From: Spirochaetia bacterium
GTDB taxonomy: Bacteria > Spirochaetota > Spirochaetia > UBA9216
NCBI GenBank assembly: GCA_963675665.1
Contig: OY776510.1
Coordinates: 1,344,001-1,408,000, forward strand
Direction: 5' to 3'
Length of the DNA stretch: 64,000 bases
Shown: positions 58,506 through 64,000 of the stretch, in pieces
Position numbering within the stretch: position 1 is the stretch's first letter
Layout: each line of letters opens with the position of its first letter
Position numbers and translations under genes: made by a program
The notes under the pieces: generated by a model
The model's database searches: none
What the model was told of the DNA's origin: nothing
The model's input: only the letters and a program-made list of their open reading frames with translations

Positions 58506-59198
58506 TTATTTCATTTTGTCCTTAATAATTTTTTCTCCGTTATCAAGCAACATTTCCATGACAGCCGAACTTTCTTCTGCATTGCCGTCGATGATGGCAT
58601 TAATCAATTTTTCATGCTGGGTGTAGATCTCTGAGGGGTTTTTGATGACTGAATAAAAAGTTTCAATGAACTGCATTTGGAGGGGTTCGAATGATTTTAG
58701 AATAAGCGGGTAAAACGGATTGCCGGATGCTACTGCAACTCTGTGATGTAAGGCAAAATCGTTTGCCGCGCGTTCCGGGTCCGAGACTGTGCTTTTTTCA
58801 GTTTCGAGGATATCCTTCAATATAGAGATGTCCGATTCCTTGCGCTTTTTTGCCGCAAGGGCGGCTGTTTCCATTTCAACAAGCCTGCGGCAGTCGATCA
58901 GTCCTTCAAGCAGCCCGGTAGCCAGGCGTCCTCCGTTGTAATGCATGATTGATTCGAGGACTGCAATTGTACCTTCTGTAAGGTAATCTGTAACCACGTA
59001 GCCTTTTCGCGGACGCGTGCGTATGAATCCCATTGAAGCAAGCTGGCCGAGGCCGGAATGAATAACAGTGCGGCTCATTCCAAGTTCTTTTACAAGTTCG
59101 CGTTCAGGCGGCAGCAGTTCTCCGCATTGCAGTTCGCCGGAGATGATCCGGCGTTCAATTTCACGCATAAACTTTTCTTTCTGGCTTGGTTCGCTCAT
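58506..59198 (-). CDS. FadR-subfamily GntR regulator
   Basis: LPPEREL, SRT.. HTH; FCD domain (DFALH..ASGN, HEKL). Confidence 0.9.
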   Translation of the reverse strand: MSEPSQKEKFMREIERRIISGELQCGELLPPERELVKELGMSRTVIHSGLGQLASMGFIRTRPRKGYVVTDYLTEGTIAVLESIMHYNGGRLATGLLEGLIDCRRLVEMETAALAAKKRKESDISILKDILETEKSTVSDPERAANDFALHHRVAVASGNPFYPLILKSFEPLQMQFIETFYSVIKNPSEIYTQHEKLINAIIDGNAEESSAVMEMLLDNGEKIIKDKMK

Positions 59199-59206
59199 AA
59201 TTGCTC

Positions 59207-59223
59207 CTGTGGTACGACCACAG
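59207..59223. promoter_or_regulatory. FadR-type operator
   Basis: CTGTGGT-ACG-ACCACAG perfect inverted repeat (TGGT-N3-ACCA) next to the regulator's SD. Confidence 0.7.
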
Positions 59224-59327
59224 ATCTATTGTATTGCCGAATTCCGGATAATGCAAGGTTTTTGTATATAATTTTGTCGGGATAATTTTGTCGAGGAGTT
59301 GTTTTAATTGTGTGCGATTAAAAAATA

Positions 59328-59361
59328 AAGCCCTCTAAAATGAAGGATTTTAAAGGGCCTG
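59328..59361 (-). terminator. Probable terminator of rpiB
   Basis: GCCCT.TAAAAT / ATTTTA.AGGGC stem with an A tract on its left (U tract on the minus strand). Confidence 0.5.
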
Positions 59362-59391
59362 CTGTATGGTGTTGTTACGTCCGGCGGGGGT

Positions 59392-59829
59392 TTATGACTC
59401 CAGCGCCATTATCTTGTCGACGCGGATCTGGTGCCTGCCGCCTTCAAAAACGTTGTCAAAGAATGCATCAAGCATGTCTTCAACGCTGTCTTTATACTCA
59501 ATTCTTCCGCCGAACGCTATAAAATTGGGATTATTGTGGTTTCGGGTGGCTTTGGCTGCAAAACAGTCCTGGGGAAGCGCGCATCTGATGCCGTGAAATT
59601 TATTGGCCGAGATTGAGATTCCTATACCGGTCCCGCAGCAGAGAATTCCGTAATCGTATCCGCCGGCAAGAAATTTCGTACAGGCGTCCTTTGCAATGTC
59701 CGGGTAATCAACGGAATCTCCCGTATCTACGCCGATATTCTCACATTCGAATCCCTTTGATTCAAGGTGTTTAATAATATGTTGTTTGAGTTCCACTGCT
59801 CCGTGGTCGTTTCCAATAATGATTTTCAT
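59392..59829 (-). CDS. rpiB: Ribose-5-phosphate isomerase B
   Basis: GNDHG, VDYPD, CGTGIG, ANK, HNN, FEGGRH..R. Confidence 0.93.
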   Translation of the reverse strand: MKIIIGNDHGAVELKQHIIKHLESKGFECENIGVDTGDSVDYPDIAKDACTKFLAGGYDYGILCCGTGIGISISANKFHGIRCALPQDCFAAKATRNHNNPNFIAFGGRIEYKDSVEDMLDAFFDNVFEGGRHQIRVDKIMALES

Positions 59830-59917
59830 CTTAACTCCTGTGCTGGTTGTAACTTACCGGGTATAATTTAAAGAATTTTGCCTTTTTTGTCCATTGAAGC
59901 AGGTATATTGTTACGGT

Positions 59918-60421
59918 TTACCATTTCTCCGAATGAATACGATCCTCTCTGAAATTATTGTTGGGTTTTTTGCTTTCGGCAGGGTGTCCCAGCGCAATCA
60001 GTGAGTGGGGAATAATATGTTCAGGCAGATCAAACAGCTTTTTAAGTCCTTCTATCCGGGGTTGGCGCGGATAGACTCCTATCCAGCATGTTCCAAGGCT
60101 TTCTTCATGGGCGGCAAGAAGAATGTTCTGGACTGCGGCGGAGCAGTCGATAACAAAGTAATCGTCGGTATCGTTGAGATCGCCCATAACGAATATTACG
60201 GTATCGGCGCCTTTCATCAGCGCGCCGTTGGGACAGCATTCAATCATTTTATCAATTGTCGATTTGTCTTTTATTACCATGAAATGCCACGGCTGGGTGT
60301 TTCTTGCCGATGGCGCGTTCATCCCGGCAGTGAGAAGGGTTCTGATTGTTTCGTCGGAAACCCGGTCGTTGGTGAATTTTCGGATTGAACGTCTGGCAGC
60401 TATTGTTTCAATTGTATTCAT
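59918..60421 (-). CDS. Nitroreductase family protein
   Basis: RRSIRKF, APSARNTQPW, LGTCW. Confidence 0.92.
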   Translation of the reverse strand: MNTIETIAARRSIRKFTNDRVSDETIRTLLTAGMNAPSARNTQPWHFMVIKDKSTIDKMIECCPNGALMKGADTVIFVMGDLNDTDDYFVIDCSAAVQNILLAAHEESLGTCWIGVYPRQPRIEGLKKLFDLPEHIIPHSLIALGHPAESKKPNNNFREDRIHSEKW

Positions 60422-60522
60422 GAGCTTATTATATCATAATGTCTGTAGCGAGTGAATCCGCATAATATGACGACTTGTCTATATATTATAAAAACGGTAA
60501 GGTATAAAAAAGCGGAGGAATT

Positions 60523-61830
60523 ATGAAAAATATTTACGGGTTTGAGACAATAAGTATTCACGGAGGTTTCCAGGGGGATGCTGCAACCGGTTCAAGGGCC
60601 GTACCGGTTTACAGATCCGCTGCGTACCTGTTTCGTGATACGGATCATGCAGCCAGGCTTTTCAATCTCGAGGAAAGCGGCAATATCTACACACGTCTTG
60701 GTAATCCTACACAGGCGGTGCTAGAAGAGCGTGTTGCTGCGCTTGAGGGGGGCTCTGCGGCTGTAGCTCTCGCTTCCGGTACAAACGCCATTTTTTATGC
60801 CGTGATTAATATCTGCCGCCAGGGTGATGAAATTGCAGCTTCGAAGAACCTGTACGGCGGAACATATACAATGTTTAATGATATCCTTCCTTCATATGGA
60901 ATTAAAACCAACTTTTTTGATCTGAACGATAAAGAAAACCTGCAGGAAGCTGTTACAGACAAAACAAAGCTTGTATTCACTGAAACAATCGGAAATCCGG
61001 GACTCGATGTCGCAGACCTGAAAATGCTTACTGATACTGCGCATTCTTTCGGGATACCGCTGGTTGTCGATAATACGTTTGCAACTCCCTACCTTTGCCG
61101 GCCAATAGAGCACGGCGCCGATATAGTTGTTCATTCATTGACGAAATGGATTTGCGGTCACGGTACCGGAATCGGCGGCATTGTCGTTGATTCCGGCAGG
61201 TTTGACTGGAGCAGCGGAAAATTCCCTCTGATGACGGAGCCCGACAGCAGTTATCACGGGCTTCGTTACGCATTGGATCTCGGAGATTTAAACCCGGTCG
61301 GCTATGCCGTTCGTCTGAGACTTGTACCGTTAAGGAACCTGGGCGGGTGTATTGCTCCGGATAATGTATGGATGTTCCTGCAGGGCCTTGAAACCCTCTC
61401 ACTGCGAATGGACAGGCACAGCAGTAACGCTCTTAAAGCGGCTGAGTTTCTTCAAACGCATCCGGCTGTTTCCTGGGTAAGATATCCCGGGCTTGCTTCC
61501 GATAAATCCTTCCCGGTCGCGCAGCAGCTTCTTAAATCCCCTGCCGGGAAACCCGGTTTCGGCGGGATGGTTGTTTTCGGGATAAATGGGGGAAGAACCG
61601 CCGGCGGGAAATTTGTAAATTCGCTCAAACTTTTCAGTCATCTGGCAAATGTGGGCGATGCAAAATCGCTTGCAATCCATCCTGCCTCCACAACGCATTC
61701 ACAGCTGGACGCCGCTGCCCTGGAAGCTGCCGGGGTCGGTGAAGATCTTATAAGGCTGTCGGTCGGGATTGAATCCGAAGAGGATATTCTTGCGGATCTG
61801 GATCAGGCCCTGGCAGCCGCATCGAAATAA
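60523..61830 (+). CDS. metY: O-acetylhomoserine aminocarboxypropyltransferase (sulfhydrylase)
   Basis: [25 protein letters not shown] (PLP lysine), [16 protein letters not shown]. Confidence 0.93.
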   Translation: MKNIYGFETISIHGGFQGDAATGSRAVPVYRSAAYLFRDTDHAARLFNLEESGNIYTRLGNPTQAVLEERVAALEGGSAAVALASGTNAIFYAVINICRQGDEIAASKNLYGGTYTMFNDILPSYGIKTNFFDLNDKENLQEAVTDKTKLVFTETIGNPGLDVADLKMLTDTAHSFGIPLVVDNTFATPYLCRPIEHGADIVVHSLTKWICGHGTGIGGIVVDSGRFDWSSGKFPLMTEPDSSYHGLRYALDLGDLNPVGYAVRLRLVPLRNLGGCIAPDNVWMFLQGLETLSLRMDRHSSNALKAAEFLQTHPAVSWVRYPGLASDKSFPVAQQLLKSPAGKPGFGGMVVFGINGGRTAGGKFVNSLKLFSHLANVGDAKSLAIHPASTTHSQLDAAALEAAGVGEDLIRLSVGIESEEDILADLDQALAAASK

Positions 61831-61842
61831 AGGAGGAATGTA

Positions 61843-62772
61843 ATGCCGATAACAATACCTGAAAATCTTCCGGCTACCGGAATCCTTCAGAATGAAAATA
61901 TTTTCGTCATGAATGAAGAACGCGCGCATACGCAGGACATCAGGCCGCTCAGTATAGGAATTTTGAACCTTATGCCCACAAAGGTGGAAACCGAAACTCA
62001 GCTGTTGCGTCTGCTCGGGAATTCGCCGCTTCAGGTTGAGATAGATCTTTTAAAAACGGAAAGCTATTCTTCAAAAAACACCTCGGAGGAGCATCTGCTT
62101 GAATTTTACAAGCCGGTATCCGAGGCGTTCGGCAAATGTTACGACGGTTTTATAATTACAGGAGCCCCTGTTGAACTGATGGAATTCACTGAGGTTGATT
62201 ACTGGGACGAGCTTGCACAGGTCTTTGACTGGGCCGACGAGCATGTTTATTCGCTTCTGACGATCTGCTGGGGGGCTCAGGCCGCGTTATATCATTATTA
62301 CGGTATTCCCAAGGTGCTTATGGAACAGAAGCTTTCCGGGGTTTATGAACACAGGGTACTGGAAAGAAATAATAAACTGGTACGCGGTTTTGACGACAGG
62401 TTTTTTGTGCCGCACTCAAGACACACCACGGTAAACCGGGAAGAAATACTTCGCCGTCCGGCTCTTCGCCTCCTGGCTGAATCCAATCTTGCCGGTGTTT
62501 ATCTTACTGCAAGCGAGGATTTGAGACGGGTGTTTGTTACCGGCCACAGTGAATATGACCCGGGCACCCTTCGTTATGAATACGAACGTGACCTGTCCCG
62601 GGGTCTTGACCCGTCGGTTCCGGCGAATTATTTTCAGGGCGACAACCCGGATAACGAACCAATGGTGAGATGGCGCAGCCATGCCAACCTGCTTTTTGTG
62701 AACTGGCTCAATTATGCCGTCTACCAGGAAACGCCCTACGAAATTGATAATATCGGCTGCCGGAAACAGTAA
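61843..62772 (+). CDS. metA: Homoserine O-acyltransferase (MetA family, probably acetyltransferase)
   Basis: QDIRPL, LNLMP, TGAPVE, ICWG, PHSR, GHSEY. Confidence 0.95.
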   Translation: MPITIPENLPATGILQNENIFVMNEERAHTQDIRPLSIGILNLMPTKVETETQLLRLLGNSPLQVEIDLLKTESYSSKNTSEEHLLEFYKPVSEAFGKCYDGFIITGAPVELMEFTEVDYWDELAQVFDWADEHVYSLLTICWGAQAALYHYYGIPKVLMEQKLSGVYEHRVLERNNKLVRGFDDRFFVPHSRHTTVNREEILRRPALRLLAESNLAGVYLTASEDLRRVFVTGHSEYDPGTLRYEYERDLSRGLDPSVPANYFQGDNPDNEPMVRWRSHANLLFVNWLNYAVYQETPYEIDNIGCRKQ

Positions 62773-62840
62773 CCTGCCTGCGGCCGCCGGCTAACCATTA
62801 AACTGTAAAAAAGCGTTTGCAACTGTCCGATACTTTAACT

Positions 62841-63953
62841 ATGAAGAAGCAGTGTTTCTTTCTGTTGGTGTTAGTTCTGTTTTTTCCTGTACTATCTGTA
62901 GCACAGGACCTCTCGATCGGGGCTGAAGATCTGGTAATTGAGCAGAGCCTTGAAGGCGGTTACAATCTGTGGATAAGGCAAAAACCCGGAATGGAATCGG
63001 TTTTACTGACCGAATCAACGGAAGATCCGGAACGCAAAGCTGCTTCATACGCATTACGGGCGACAAAATACAATCCTTATAACGGTGATGAAAAACGCAT
63101 GCTCAACGGAGAGTTTCTTGATCCCGAATCCGGAATTTACTCCCTGATTGATTCGACGCCTGAGCCCTATAAAGAGTTCGGTTCCGCTTTCAGAATATTT
63201 ATTCCGTATATTGTTGTTTACGGTTACAGCTGGAGCCGTCAGGGCGAGATACTTGTTGTCGACGGCACATATCTGAGCGTCAGGGCTTTCGGGGCGAAAT
63301 ATGCAGATTATTCCGGCGGGTTTCAGGATAATCCTTTTATACTGAAGGTGGTCCAGAAACCTATGGAAGGGCCGCCTGAAGGCAACTATATGGAAGATAC
63401 CGTTAAAACGTATACCGAGATAGCCGAGGAGGGCGGAGGTCGTGCAATCTACTGCAAGGGCGAAGAGGATCTTTTAAATGCCCTGAATGATGTGCTTGAA
63501 GAGGTCGACAGCGGAAGCCTTGACCTTGTTCTTGCGCTTGATACGACGGCAAGTATGGAAAACGACATTCCGTGGCTAAAACGCGAGCTTGTCCCGCTGC
63601 TTCATGATCAGACTGAAGGTTACGCTCATTTCCGGTTCGGTATGGTTCTTTACCGCGATTATCATGAGGATTACCTGACCCGTGTGAGACCGTTTCAGAA
63701 CGATCTGGACGGGGTTCAGGGCATAATAAACCGCACCACAGTTTTCGGCGGTCGTGATATCCCCGAAGCTGTTTATGAGGCTTTGTATGAAGGGATTCAC
63801 GCTTTCGCCTGGACGGCTGACGACCGTAAACTTATCCTGATTGGAGACGCGCCTCCGCACGAGCGGCCGCGCGGCAAGGTGACCAAGGAAATGGTTTATG
63901 ATGATGCCGCAGCTGTTAATATTGAAATAACAACGATTATACTGCCGCAGTAA
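62841..63953 (+). CDS. Exported VWA-domain protein
   Basis: Signal peptide; MIDAS DTTASM, YRD, GGRDIPE, IGDAPPH. Confidence 0.8.
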   Translation: MKKQCFFLLVLVLFFPVLSVAQDLSIGAEDLVIEQSLEGGYNLWIRQKPGMESVLLTESTEDPERKAASYALRATKYNPYNGDEKRMLNGEFLDPESGIYSLIDSTPEPYKEFGSAFRIFIPYIVVYGYSWSRQGEILVVDGTYLSVRAFGAKYADYSGGFQDNPFILKVVQKPMEGPPEGNYMEDTVKTYTEIAEEGGGRAIYCKGEEDLLNALNDVLEEVDSGSLDLVLALDTTASMENDIPWLKRELVPLLHDQTEGYAHFRFGMVLYRDYHEDYLTRVRPFQNDLDGVQGIINRTTVFGGRDIPEAVYEALYEGIHAFAWTADDRKLILIGDAPPHERPRGKVTKEMVYDDAAAVNIEITTIILPQ

Positions 63954-64000
63954 GTAAAAATACCTATAATAAAACCATTGCGATCAGCTGTTTTTCAGGC

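Noticed and set aside
60422-60522. SAM riboswitch or T-box before metY
   Set aside because: The gap is about 100 bp, divergent, and shows no such consensus.

Overview
Bacterial chromosome segment, most likely from an anaerobic spirochaete (inferred from exported binding proteins with 'VFAGGQ-E' signal peptides, a FapA-like gene and a spirochaete-type VWA protein). Most of the window (about 1-50 kb) is a sugar and polyol catabolism region. It holds a tungsten AOR/MoaD/cupin-PGI/lactonase/Eda operon, a ROK-controlled rare-sugar operon, two sugar ABC systems, three FGGY kinases, several TIM-barrel epimerases, Gfo/Idh/MocA and Zn-dependent dehydrogenases, DeoC and an OYE. After that come an unassigned glycyl-radical-enzyme operon with a sulfatase and its maturase, then rpiB, a nitroreductase, metY-metA and a VWA protein. 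Main findings: (1) an IS110/IS1111-family element (about 5700-7081) whose upstream non-coding region folds into a bridge-RNA-like structure with loop guides matching its own donor junction and a Shine-Dalgarno target, and which sits exactly in the eda RBS; (2) a FadR-regulated operon of GRE, activase, tandem flavin split-barrel protein and exported sulfatase; (3) a dispersed family of leader hairpins with NTCCAT loops and compensatory changes; (4) a duplicated binding-protein gene with only silent differences seen and a structurally conserved but diverged leader. No rRNA, tRNA or CRISPR array was seen. All calls come from reading motifs by eye; no database search was run.
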